This document shows positions 18,018 to 26,850 of a DNA stretch of 64,000 bases, in pieces; positions within the stretch are counted from its first letter, which is position 1, and each line of letters opens with the position of its first letter. Source of the stretch: a virus; IMG/VR virus record IMGVR_UViG_3300031539_000013. One strand, given 5' to 3'. The notes under the pieces were generated by a model, which was not told where the DNA came from, did no database searches, and worked only from the letters and a program-made list of their open reading frames with translations. Position numbers and translations under genes: made by a program.

Positions 18018-20261
18018 CTAATTTCTTATTGGACTATATGTACGCCTGCGTAGAAAATCATCAAGCACAAATTCTTGTTCATTGAGTTTCTGCACGGTGT
18101 CATATATGCCACGAGTGCCAAGTAGCGCATATCCTCCGGCAGTAAATAAGTCATAATTAGTCATATCCTCCGGCCCATCAATATCCCTGCACTCCTCCAA
18201 TACTTCAATGTGCGTCTCTTCGTCAGCCTCGTTCTCTATCCATGTCATGTACTCTGTGAAGATGTCCTGTTTAACCTTATTAGCTGTCTCTCCCGGGGTG
18301 TTGTTGATACGCATGGTTTTCGGGTCTATACGGTAAAGCAAAAACCCTCCATATCCTCTCTCATCAAAATAATCCCAGAGGAAAGGATAGTCTATCTCAG
18401 GGAACATAGGCACACCAAAATAGAGGCACATCATAAGCATATCTTCTCCATAGATATCTTTATCAAAAGTCCTCTGAGCATATATGCAGACAAATTTACG
18501 CTTCATACGGAAGTCACCATCCCTTAGTTGCCCTTTGCGGATGACTGCTCCTCCTCCCTTTGATTTGCGATTGCCCTCTGTCTTGTTAAACTTAAATGGG
18601 TCGCCTCCTGCTACTCCCCAATATGAGTTACCAGGCTTCCATAGCCCCTCATCATCACTCCATACCTTCTTATTGGATTCCGAGTCGTTAAGCTGATGAC
18701 TTACCTTAAACTTACCCTGTGGATTTTCAACAAAGATCACCTTTGAGTCTCTTATATTTTCTTTCCATACAAAGTTCCCCGTTACTATCGCCTGTTTGGA
18801 GAAGGTCAGTTCGTCAATATAGTTCTCCAATTTGTTCATGTTAAACCCTGATGATTTCGCTGCTGTGCGGAAACACTCTGCAAACCGGATAGGGTAAAGC
18901 CTGATGTTCTCTGATAACGCTTCCTGATCTTCTGCATCAATATATCCTTTTCTGGTGTTGAGCAAAAATTCCCTTGCTCCTATGTCTCTTTTTATGTACT
19001 CGGACTGCTGTTGTGTCGGGGTGTCGATGACACTCATCCCATATTCATCAATAAAACCCTGTAACCCATCATAGGCGGGAATGAAAAGCACTGCTAATCC
19101 TGATCGTGTTTGTCCATTGGGGTTGCGCTCGTAATAATCGCTCATCTTACACTGATGCTTAAAGGCACGTCCTCCTCCTTTCTCCATCTCCCCTACCGTG
19201 GATGTTTTGATGGTATAACCTACAATGTCACCTCCCATTACAAGACATTCCTTTACTACGGTGTGCCTGTCCCAACAGGAGAGTCCTTTTTTCAGCTTCC
19301 CTACCTCATCGTCATGATGGAAGTACAACTTATCACCGTCATAGGCAGATGGATCGGCTATCTCATAGTTAATACCCGATTCAAGCCCTAGGTCAGATGT
19401 TGACAATGACCCCTTTGAAGAGAGCCTTTTTGCCGGAGGAGAGAAGGATAGTTCTGTCTTGGGAGATGTTGAGCCTTCATAGTTAGGCTTAAAGAAGAAC
19501 GGCAGTTTTTTCCATGGTGCTACGAGGTGTCTCAGGAAACATTTGCGGGACTGCGTATCATTCATGGACTGAATGCCACCGAAAGCACCCATTGTCCTGC
19601 TTATGATCTCGTAACTGATGCATTCAGCCTTATATGTAGCACCCTCCCTTCTGTGCTTGGGGTAGTTGAAGCCAAAGAACACCCTTCGAGCAAAATCAAT
19701 AAATTCATACTCACCCTTTGCGTTCCTGGTAGCAATGCCCTTCTGGTTACATCGTGGAGAAATAGTCTCGGTAAATATTTTTCGTGCAAAGAGAAAGAAT
19801 CGCCTGTCCCTATCCCTGTACTTTGGCAGTCCGACATCAATGCTCCACCATCCGCAATAGAAATAATGCCATCCATCAATGTATGTAGGCACACCGTTGT
19901 TGTAAAACCAGTATCCGTTAAGCCTCCTGTCCCATTGTGTCCTGATAAAAGCTATTTCTTCTTCGTAGATGTCCTGATGTGCTTCAAGAGCCTCCCATAT
20001 CTCATCAAGGGTCTCATACCTTGAATGTAGTTCTTTTATCCTTTTGGGTAGCCTCGGGGGATGCCACTTCTGTTCCCGGGCAGGCAGTCCAAAATTATCT
20101 ACTAAGTGTGGCTCTGGAGGCACGGGGAGGGCTATCTCTATCGGGATAAGGTCTTTGTCGTCAATGTTCACCCATACACTCTTTTGAGCATCCTCGTATT
20201 GTGATAATATCTGAGGATCAACTTCTCTGTGGTACCGTTTTAATAGGGCTAAATGATTCAT
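18018..20261 (-). CDS. terL: terminase large subunit
   Basis: Walker-A-like KHRREGATYK, Walker-B-like LYFHHDDE and nuclease-like VAGGDPF. The track start at 20309 is a TTG overlapping the upstream gene. I prefer ATG 20261 (MNHLALLKRY...), 10 nt after the upstream stop. Confidence 0.8.
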   Translation of the reverse strand: MNHLALLKRYHREVDPQILSQYEDAQKSVWVNIDDKDLIPIEIALPVPPEPHLVDNFGLPAREQKWHPPRLPKRIKELHSRYETLDEIWEALEAHQDIYEEEIAFIRTQWDRRLNGYWFYNNGVPTYIDGWHYFYCGWWSIDVGLPKYRDRDRRFFLFARKIFTETISPRCNQKGIATRNAKGEYEFIDFARRVFFGFNYPKHRREGATYKAECISYEIISRTMGAFGGIQSMNDTQSRKCFLRHLVAPWKKLPFFFKPNYEGSTSPKTELSFSPPAKRLSSKGSLSTSDLGLESGINYEIADPSAYDGDKLYFHHDDEVGKLKKGLSCWDRHTVVKECLVMGGDIVGYTIKTSTVGEMEKGGGRAFKHQCKMSDYYERNPNGQTRSGLAVLFIPAYDGLQGFIDEYGMSVIDTPTQQQSEYIKRDIGAREFLLNTRKGYIDAEDQEALSENIRLYPIRFAECFRTAAKSSGFNMNKLENYIDELTFSKQAIVTGNFVWKENIRDSKVIFVENPQGKFKVSHQLNDSESNKKVWSDDEGLWKPGNSYWGVAGGDPFKFNKTEGNRKSKGGGAVIRKGQLRDGDFRMKRKFVCIYAQRTFDKDIYGEDMLMMCLYFGVPMFPEIDYPFLWDYFDERGYGGFLLYRIDPKTMRINNTPGETANKVKQDIFTEYMTWIENEADEETHIEVLEECRDIDGPEDMTNYDLFTAGGYALLGTRGIYDTVQKLNEQEFVLDDFLRRRTYSPIRN

Positions 20262-20271
20262 ATTCCCCCAA

Positions 20272-20871
20272 TTAATTATGCACGAAAAGCGGCTTCGGTA
20301 TATGAACAATTCTTAGCCTTCTTCGTCTGCAATAATTTGCACAATCTTCTGCATATCTCCCATCTGCGGATAGATGTATATGATTAAACCCGACCCTTCT
20401 AGCCACATCCAACTTCACAATGAATGAACCCATATCAATATGATTTTCTTTTACCTCAGAAATAAATAAATTATATTTCTCATAAGAATGCACGGTGTTG
20501 CAATAAACAAATCCCACAAATTCATTCCTGCACTCATTCATAAAAATTCTTATAAAATCAGGAACATAATAATTATCATCATTCGTAATAAGAACATAGT
20601 CCCTGTGGTTTAATGATAATTGTTTTAAAGCTATTTTTCGATTTGGATGCCCCCACGCTCCATTTACTGTTGGTGTTTCATAATATTGTATGCGAGCATC
20701 ATCATACGAATCTATAACATCTTTAACTTCTTTTGGCGCGGGTCCATCATGAATAATATGAATCTGCCATTGTGGACAGCTTTGTATTAAAATACAATCA
20801 ATCATAATTCTTAATGGCACTGCACGTTGATACGCGGCAATTATAATATGAAGGATACGAGGACGTATCAT
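20272..20871 (-). CDS. glycosyltransferase (GT-A fold)
   Basis: N-terminal ILHIIIAAYQR... strand and ITNDDNYY acidic (DxD-type) motif. ATGA overlap with the upstream glycosyltransferase. Confidence 0.6.
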   Translation of the reverse strand: MIRPRILHIIIAAYQRAVPLRIMIDCILIQSCPQWQIHIIHDGPAPKEVKDVIDSYDDARIQYYETPTVNGAWGHPNRKIALKQLSLNHRDYVLITNDDNYYVPDFIRIFMNECRNEFVGFVYCNTVHSYEKYNLFISEVKENHIDMGSFIVKLDVARRVGFNHIHLSADGRYAEDCANYCRRRRLRIVHIPKPLFVHN

Positions 20872-21569
20872 ATTACTTTTATTAATCGTGTATTTGCATT
20901 TTTAAAATCATCATCAAAATCTTCCGGTGTCCTGCCCATGTGCCAACCCCAATTATTAGCAATATTCTCCTCGCTCTGTCTGCAATGTAACTCCTCATAC
21001 CTATCTATAACATAATTTAAAGATAGATATTTAAAGTGCATAGCTATAATACCGGATTTAACATCCAAAATATATTCTCCCTCCGGTCTGGCAAAATGAC
21101 AGCCTGGCTCATAATTAATATTTTTTATCTTATCTGGACGAAATAAAAACATCTTACTCCTGAGTTCTATCCCCATATTAACCTCATCATAGATTTGTCC
21201 CTGAGTGGTAGGAAATACATTAGAAAACATTTCAAACATGAAGGGCAGGATAACTGTCCCCTTAGACCGTTCAAGGGCAAGTTCTAATCTTTTGTGATAA
21301 ACTATCTCATCCACGTCAGCGACAATAACCCAATCTGCACCCGACTCTTTCCAGCAATCATTCTTTAAATTTATAAGGATGTCTTCTCTATATTTACCAT
21401 CAGTATTAAATTCTATAATATTCGCTCCAAATTGCTTTGCTATATTTACAGAATTATCTGTTGATCGGTTATCAAAGACAGTAACACTCCCATATTGGGA
21501 ATAATGCCTGAGAAAATAAGGTAACATTTTTTCTTCGTTGTAACAAAATGTAAAGGTTTCTATTTTCAT
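20868..21569 (-). CDS. glycosyltransferase family 2-like (paralog A)
   Basis: FCYNEEKMLPYFLRHYSQYG..VFDNRSTDNS...VADVDE. 233 aa. ATGA overlaps at both ends. Confidence 0.65.
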   Translation of the reverse strand: MKIETFTFCYNEEKMLPYFLRHYSQYGSVTVFDNRSTDNSVNIAKQFGANIIEFNTDGKYREDILINLKNDCWKESGADWVIVADVDEIVYHKRLELALERSKGTVILPFMFEMFSNVFPTTQGQIYDEVNMGIELRSKMFLFRPDKIKNINYEPGCHFARPEGEYILDVKSGIIAMHFKYLSLNYVIDRYEELHCRQSEENIANNWGWHMGRTPEDFDDDFKNANTRLIKVI

Positions 21570-22267
21570 ATCCTTGGTATTACAATTTTAATTAATCTAT
21601 CAAAATCCGCACCTACCTGCTCTGGTGTTCGCAATAAGTGGGTGCCAAGTTTTAAGTCTCTGTTCTGTTGACTCATCCTTGCTCCTGAGTTTACAGTTCT
21701 ATCAATCGTATATTCCCTACCGAGATGCTTCATGTGAAGTGTTTTTATTGGGCCTTTCCTCTCAATGACTACGTTACCCTGTGGTATTGCCAGATGACAT
21801 CCTGGGATATAATTCATCTCAGTTATTTGATCGGGACGAATAAGATTCATCTTAGGCCATGTCTCATGTCCAAGTTTCACCTCATCATAGATTTGCCCCT
21901 GAGTGGTAGGGAAGTGATCAATAAACATATCGAACATATCTGGCTCAATGACTGTGGCTTGAATTTTCCCTAGATGTGCTATCAGATCAGGACAATAAAT
22001 AAACTCATCCATGTCTATGACAATACACCAATCTGCCTTCGATCCTCGCCAGCAATGTTCTTTTATCTGGAGATTAGTCATGTCGTCAAACTGACCACAA
22101 GTGTCGAACAGTCTTATTTCGGCCCCTTCTGATTGCGCTATCTCTACTGAATGATCAGTGGAGTAATTGTCATAAACGATAATCTTCCCATACTGAGAAT
22201 AATGTCTCAGGAAATACGGAAGAATCTTTTCTTCGTTATAACAGACCGCATAGACCTCTATTCTCAT
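21566..22267 (-). CDS. glycosyltransferase family 2-like (paralog B)
   Basis: VCYNEEKILPYFLRHYSQYG..VYDNYSTDHS...VIDMDE. Same 233-aa length and roughly half the residues identical to paralog A by eye. Confidence 0.65.
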   Translation of the reverse strand: MRIEVYAVCYNEEKILPYFLRHYSQYGKIIVYDNYSTDHSVEIAQSEGAEIRLFDTCGQFDDMTNLQIKEHCWRGSKADWCIVIDMDEFIYCPDLIAHLGKIQATVIEPDMFDMFIDHFPTTQGQIYDEVKLGHETWPKMNLIRPDQITEMNYIPGCHLAIPQGNVVIERKGPIKTLHMKHLGREYTIDRTVNSGARMSQQNRDLKLGTHLLRTPEQVGADFDRLIKIVIPRI

Positions 22268-22358
22268 TTTCTTCTTTTAAAAATCTTCCTTAAAAAATTC
22301 AAAAACGCTGCTAGATTTGGTGTTGCGCCAGTTGCCCTTACTTCATTGTCTTTAGTTT

Positions 22359-22871
22359 TCATGTCATATTTATTAATGAGAGCCAAAATCCTTTCTCCAT
22401 TATTTCCTGATAATATGGTATCAATCCAAGGTGTTTCACATCATTCCATGTTATTTCACATGAAGGCCAAGTCTCTTGACTCTTAAATTTATCTTTGTTA
22501 TAAAAATAATCGTGCGCCATAATTACACAGTCCTTCTTTAGATGAGGGGCAAGAGACTGTACTTCTTTTATCTTATTCCCATTATCACAAAGTATTAACG
22601 TCCGTGGTTTAATCAGGTTTATGATAAAACCCATATTCAAGAAAATATCCATCTGGCAAAAAATCATGTTCCACGGGAGATATTCTGTCTTTATATCCCG
22701 TCTCTGATCGAAAGTTATGAAGTCGAAATTATTATCTATTTCTTTTCTCAGATCATAAATGATATTCGTAAGCCGTCCCGTCATCGTGCCAAGTTCGATT
22801 ATTCTATCAGGGATCATTGCAATCTTGAAATACTCCCAAAATATATCCTCTATTGTTGATATTTGTAACAT
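22359..22871 (-). CDS. class I SAM-dependent methyltransferase (candidate sugar methyltransferase)
   Basis: IIELGTMTG resembles SAM-binding motif I. Start moved from the track's 22922 to ATG 22871, which makes a TAATG junction with the upstream gene. Confidence 0.5.
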   Translation of the reverse strand: MLQISTIEDIFWEYFKIAMIPDRIIELGTMTGRLTNIIYDLRKEIDNNFDFITFDQRRDIKTEYLPWNMIFCQMDIFLNMGFIINLIKPRTLILCDNGNKIKEVQSLAPHLKKDCVIMAHDYFYNKDKFKSQETWPSCEITWNDVKHLGLIPYYQEIMEKGFWLSLINMT

Positions 22872-23539
22872 TACTTCTGTCCTGTATTCCAAGTTGTAGC
22901 CTGATCTCCGGTATGTACACAATAGTCATCTGGCAATACTGCCGCCCTATAACCACGTCTGAAATATTCCTCCCCGATTTTGCATTCTCTTAATGCTAGA
23001 AAATCATCTTTAGTTGACCATTGCGCCCAGGGTGCTATCTCTTTATAAACCCGCATACTCCTTATCCCTGGATGAAAAGTAAAACCATGCCAGAGATTAT
23101 CCATTCCAGCAATAGAAGCATATCTATATTCAACTCCCCCCGTTATTTGTACCTCTGAATCGACAGGTTGATTATGGATGTTTGATATCCATGTCTGCAT
23201 CACTAAATGATTATTATTAACTGGTAGTAGAGCAAGTTCAATAAATCCTGGCTTAATAAACTCCCAATCATCCTCTGTATGAAATACAAAGGGTGTTTTA
23301 ACCATTGAATAGGCTCTATCGATACTATCAATTAATCCCATATTTACCCCATTGAGCAAAAGAGTATAATTAGGATAGAGATCACAAAGTACTTTATGCA
23401 TCTCTTTATTTGCAGAATCTTCTACAATGATAAATTCTTCAATAGGATAGGTATTCATTGCATTAAAACTCTCGATAGTTCTTTTAAGAAGTTCTATCCT
23501 ATTACATGATGTTAATACTACGCTTACTGTTGATTCCAT
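22871..23539 (-). CDS. glycosyltransferase family 2
   Basis: VSVVLTSCNRIELLKRTIESF...EFIIVEDS, the classic GT2 N terminus plus an acidic motif. Confidence 0.65.
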   Translation of the reverse strand: MESTVSVVLTSCNRIELLKRTIESFNAMNTYPIEEFIIVEDSANKEMHKVLCDLYPNYTLLLNGVNMGLIDSIDRAYSMVKTPFVFHTEDDWEFIKPGFIELALLPVNNNHLVMQTWISNIHNQPVDSEVQITGGVEYRYASIAGMDNLWHGFTFHPGIRSMRVYKEIAPWAQWSTKDDFLALRECKIGEEYFRRGYRAAVLPDDYCVHTGDQATTWNTGQK

Positions 23540-24297
23540 ATTCTATTTTTTTTACAAAATTTTATAATATTATCATCATAAATGGTACACTTTTCATTGA
23601 TTGCATCAAACCATGATAATGGACGTGGAGGTGTATTTGGATTACCTGTTCCTCTGGCAACTTTCTTTAGCCATTCCTCATGGGATTTCGTGAAATAATG
23701 ATTAACTCTACATATTTGATTCGGAGAATCAGTAACCGGCCCCTGAAATGGTGCTTTCGCTTCGTTAACAGCAGTTCGGGTATATTCTCCTCTATGTGGG
23801 TCAGAGATTCCTGTGCAATACTGAGTATTGATAATAGATTTTATCCACATTCGTTCATCAGGTTCTCTCCATACATAATTATCAGTAACCTTCCCTTCTG
23901 GTTTTGTTTCATGTCCTGAACTACCAAAGGTTGTCCACGGTAAGCCAAGTGATCCAAATTCTTCATAATCCTTCAATAACTTCTTAATGTCTTTGTGTTG
24001 AAGCAGAACAATAAACTCATCCACATCAACCATCGCCATCCAATATGCCGGATGACTTTTAAGTGTATCCTGATTGAGATAAGTAGGTAAAAATAATGAA
24101 TCCCTATCTATCCTGATGACAGAAACCTTATCTCCCCAGATATTATGAACTGGAATGATGCTACGATGATCATACATCACAATATGCTCAAATCCTATGG
24201 CAAGGTGATATTTTACCCATTCGTCCAAATAGTCGCCATCGTCTCGGACGTAAGTGCTAATTATTGCGTAATATCTCATCCTGATATTGTTTTTCAA
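23524..24297 (-). CDS. GT-A glycosyltransferase (GT92/DUF23-like)
   Basis: YAIISTYVRDDGDYLDEWVKYHLAIGFEHIVMYDHRS ... MVDVDEF. Confidence 0.55.
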   Translation of the reverse strand: MKNNIRMRYYAIISTYVRDDGDYLDEWVKYHLAIGFEHIVMYDHRSIIPVHNIWGDKVSVIRIDRDSLFLPTYLNQDTLKSHPAYWMAMVDVDEFIVLLQHKDIKKLLKDYEEFGSLGLPWTTFGSSGHETKPEGKVTDNYVWREPDERMWIKSIINTQYCTGISDPHRGEYTRTAVNEAKAPFQGPVTDSPNQICRVNHYFTKSHEEWLKKVARGTGNPNTPPRPLSWFDAINEKCTIYDDNIIKFCKKNRIWNQQ

Positions 24298-24820
24298 GTT
24301 CGATTATTCCTTTATTTCTTTCTTTAATAAACCATAATGGGTTTCCTCCCCATATCTCCCATGAAGGAATACTTCTTTTTACAAAACTCATTGCCCCTAT
24401 CGCTGCACCTTCATTAATCTCGAGTCCTTGCATGATGACTGTGCCGGAACCTATCTGCACAAATTTTCTCAAATACACTGGTGCTCCAATAACGTGAGTG
24501 TATTTATCAGGTGTCATAGGACTTATCATAAAGTCTCCTCCAAAATCATCCGTTGCACTGAATATAGTACATCTGGGTGACAGCCCGGTGTAATCCTCCA
24601 TTGTAATACCATACTTGCCATATAGACCGCAATATGCTCCGATATGAATATTCTTTCCAAGCGTTATGCTTCCTGATAGCACACAGAAATCATCAATACG
24701 CACATTATTGCCTATTGATATGTCTGTTCCATAAATAGAACACTTATCGGAAATTAATATATTTTCCCCAACTGATTTTAATCCAAGACTACTTACTTCA
24801 TCTTTTGTTAGAAATCCCAT
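24257..24820 (-). CDS. hexapeptide-repeat (left-handed beta-helix) acetyltransferase, PglD/WbbJ-like
   Basis: Imperfect hexapeptide repeats (ISIGNNVRIDDFCVLSGSITLGKNIHIGAYCGL...; IGSGTVIMQGLEINEGAAIGAMSFV). Confidence 0.7.
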   Translation of the reverse strand: MGFLTKDEVSSLGLKSVGENILISDKCSIYGTDISIGNNVRIDDFCVLSGSITLGKNIHIGAYCGLYGKYGITMEDYTGLSPRCTIFSATDDFGGDFMISPMTPDKYTHVIGAPVYLRKFVQIGSGTVIMQGLEINEGAAIGAMSFVKRSIPSWEIWGGNPLWFIKERNKGIIELEKQYQDEILRNN

Positions 24821-25439
24821 CTGTATATATTTTAAATTTACTTAAATCTGGATATGGCAATTCAATATCTGGCATGTCTTTTTTTGTCCCGTCTAAGTTA
24901 TAAAATTGTTGGATTAAAAGTAGTCCAAATTCTGCTATTATTGGATTCATATAAAAATTCCATCCAAGTTGTGTAAAATTATCTTCGTGATAATCACATT
25001 CATTTCTTCCACTAAATCTTGCTTTTTTAAACCATTCGTAAGCATCTTTATTGTCTGTGAGAATACACCCTCCCTTCCCAAGTTTTAAATGTTTATAAGG
25101 GCCCGTGAAGGAGCAACACATAAATGTATCTGGCCTATACATATTAGCCGTGAACCTTAATGCAGAATCCCATACCCGTGTACTCATTAACCAATAAGCT
25201 CCCTTAATTGTCTTATGGGGTACTTGATAGAATAAAACCTCCCCCCCTGCATGAATTATCTCACATGGCACGCTCATATATGTTCTACATGGAATCCCTA
25301 CTTTCTTTCCTTTGATATTGTCATACGTTAAGGCAAGGAATAAAGCATTGCTCTCATTGTCCACGCAAGCACAATACGGAGCACCAGTATAGTCTGCTAT
25401 TCTTTCTTCAAAAGCCTTAGTTACATCATGAGGTTTCAT
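24798..25439 (-). CDS. DegT/DnrJ/EryC1/StrS-like PLP aminotransferase, unusually short (213 aa)
   Basis: FEERIADYTGAPYCACVDNESNALFLAL...GIPCRTYMSVPCEIIHAGGEVLF and SFTGPYKHLKLGKGGCILTD (candidate PLP lysine), in the usual order but compressed. Confidence 0.5.
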   Translation of the reverse strand: MKPHDVTKAFEERIADYTGAPYCACVDNESNALFLALTYDNIKGKKVGIPCRTYMSVPCEIIHAGGEVLFYQVPHKTIKGAYWLMSTRVWDSALRFTANMYRPDTFMCCSFTGPYKHLKLGKGGCILTDNKDAYEWFKKARFSGRNECDYHEDNFTQLGWNFYMNPIIAEFGLLLIQQFYNLDGTKKDMPDIELPYPDLSKFKIYTDGISNKR

Positions 25440-26218
25440 TGGAATATATAATTCAAATCATCACTAATGCAATCCTCTGATGAGGTGCTTTCATCCCTGA
25501 ACTCATGCAATCGTTCTCCTTCACGAAGTCCCGTTAGCCTTATTAAAGTATCGATATTCCCATATCGCTTGGCAAATTCATTTGCAATATCAATCATCCT
25601 GAATGACTTCATCTGTATGATTCTTATACCAACCTCATCTTTGCTCTCCCAGATGTAATTAATAAGTTCTTGGGGATGTATGAAAAAGCGAGTCATCTTA
25701 TCTGATGTAAGGTTAATGCAATTGCTCTTGTTGATCTGTTCTTTCCATATAGGTAGAACTGAGCCTGTTGACCAAAGGACATTGCCTGATCGGATACTTA
25801 AAAATCCAGCTTTCGTTACCATGTCTTCAGCCAGTGATTTTGTCTTGCCATACACATTGTCGGGATTAATGGCTTTGTCAGAACTCATATTAACCAGTTT
25901 AACACTATGATGTAAGCAGGCATATACTACATTCATTGTGCCAACTACATTATCCCTGGCAGCCTCCATTGGTTGTTGTTCGCAAATATTAACATGCTTT
26001 AGTGCCGCAAAATGAAAGACATAATCCATGCCTTTACAAGCATTAAGAATAGCGGGATAATTACAAATATCACCAATCACATAGTTATACTTCGGATGTT
26101 TCGCTTTCATCCTTACCTGTTGTGCTTCATTACGTGAAAAAATGGTTACATTTTCACCTACTCTCTCGGCTAGCTTACTGCCGATAAATCCTGTTCCTCC
26201 TGTTATAAGTACTTTCAT
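25436..26218 (-). CDS. UDP-sugar 4,6-dehydratase/epimerase of the CapD/PseB/PglF (Polysacc_synt_2) type
   Basis: ITGGTGFIGS (Rossmann), FHFAALKHVNICEQQPMEAARDNVVGTMNV, SSDKAINPDNVYGKTKSLAE (YxxxK), IRSGNVLWSTGSVLPIWKEQI, LTSDKMTRFF. Confidence 0.8.
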   Translation of the reverse strand: MKVLITGGTGFIGSKLAERVGENVTIFSRNEAQQVRMKAKHPKYNYVIGDICNYPAILNACKGMDYVFHFAALKHVNICEQQPMEAARDNVVGTMNVVYACLHHSVKLVNMSSDKAINPDNVYGKTKSLAEDMVTKAGFLSIRSGNVLWSTGSVLPIWKEQINKSNCINLTSDKMTRFFIHPQELINYIWESKDEVGIRIIQMKSFRMIDIANEFAKRYGNIDTLIRLTGLREGERLHEFRDESTSSEDCISDDLNYIFQ

Positions 26219-26850
26219 TTTAGTTGGTTTTTATATTCAATTAAAAAAACATCGCGTCCTGGTTCTACAAATTCCTTAGAATATGCTTTTCTGTCCTTAC
26301 ACATACATATCCACTGCTCTGCTGCAAATCTATCATTTTTATCTAGGGTGTCAATCTTTGGTAATCGGTAGATATAATCCCTCCTAAACCACCAGAAGTT
26401 ACCTGAGAAATGGTCTGGTGACTTACAGAAATTTACCGATGACACATCATAGCCTGTCGATACACGGTCATAATGCTCTCTCCAACGATTAATTACGCTT
26501 TCGTTGATCCATGCCCTCCAATGATTTATTATCGTCTCAAACGGTCTCGTTATAGACTTGGTGTGGAAATAGAAGCCTACGTGTGGTGTGATGTCTGCCT
26601 CAATCAGTTTTAATGTAGGGAACTCATACTCCATGGGGTTCTCGGAGAAATATTTGATTTTTAGTTTCGGATAAAGATTGACTACCACCTTTTCAAGTAA
26701 TGCCTTTTCTGCGGGAGACCCTATACACCCGATGCTTATCTCATCACAGGCATCGTAAAGCCCTGATGTCAATAAAATTCGCATCTGATCTGTAATTACG
26801 GAATAGTAATGATTTACCATATAAATGTGCCAATAGCCGAGAATTTTCAT
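26215..26850 (-). CDS. hypothetical protein (211 aa) in the glycan cluster
   Basis: Track ORF with ATGA overlaps at both ends. HFSGNFWWF motif. Function unknown. Confidence 0.55.
   Translation of the reverse strand: MKILGYWHIYMVNHYYSVITDQMRILLTSGLYDACDEISIGCIGSPAEKALLEKVVVNLYPKLKIKYFSENPMEYEFPTLKLIEADITPHVGFYFHTKSITRPFETIINHWRAWINESVINRWREHYDRVSTGYDVSSVNFCKSPDHFSGNFWWFRRDYIYRLPKIDTLDKNDRFAAEQWICMCKDRKAYSKEFVEPGRDVFLIEYKNQLK

Noticed and set aside
19527-20024. 165-aa plus-strand ORF (and 19110-19391, 18210-18527) inside terL
   Set aside because: These lie antisense to a well-supported gene and have no motifs. Antisense frames that stay open are common in this genome.
20262-20309. 16-codon N-terminal extension of terL (track start)
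   Set aside because: The start is a TTG and overlaps the upstream glycosyltransferase. ATG 20261 lies 10 nt after that gene's stop and is the more plausible start.
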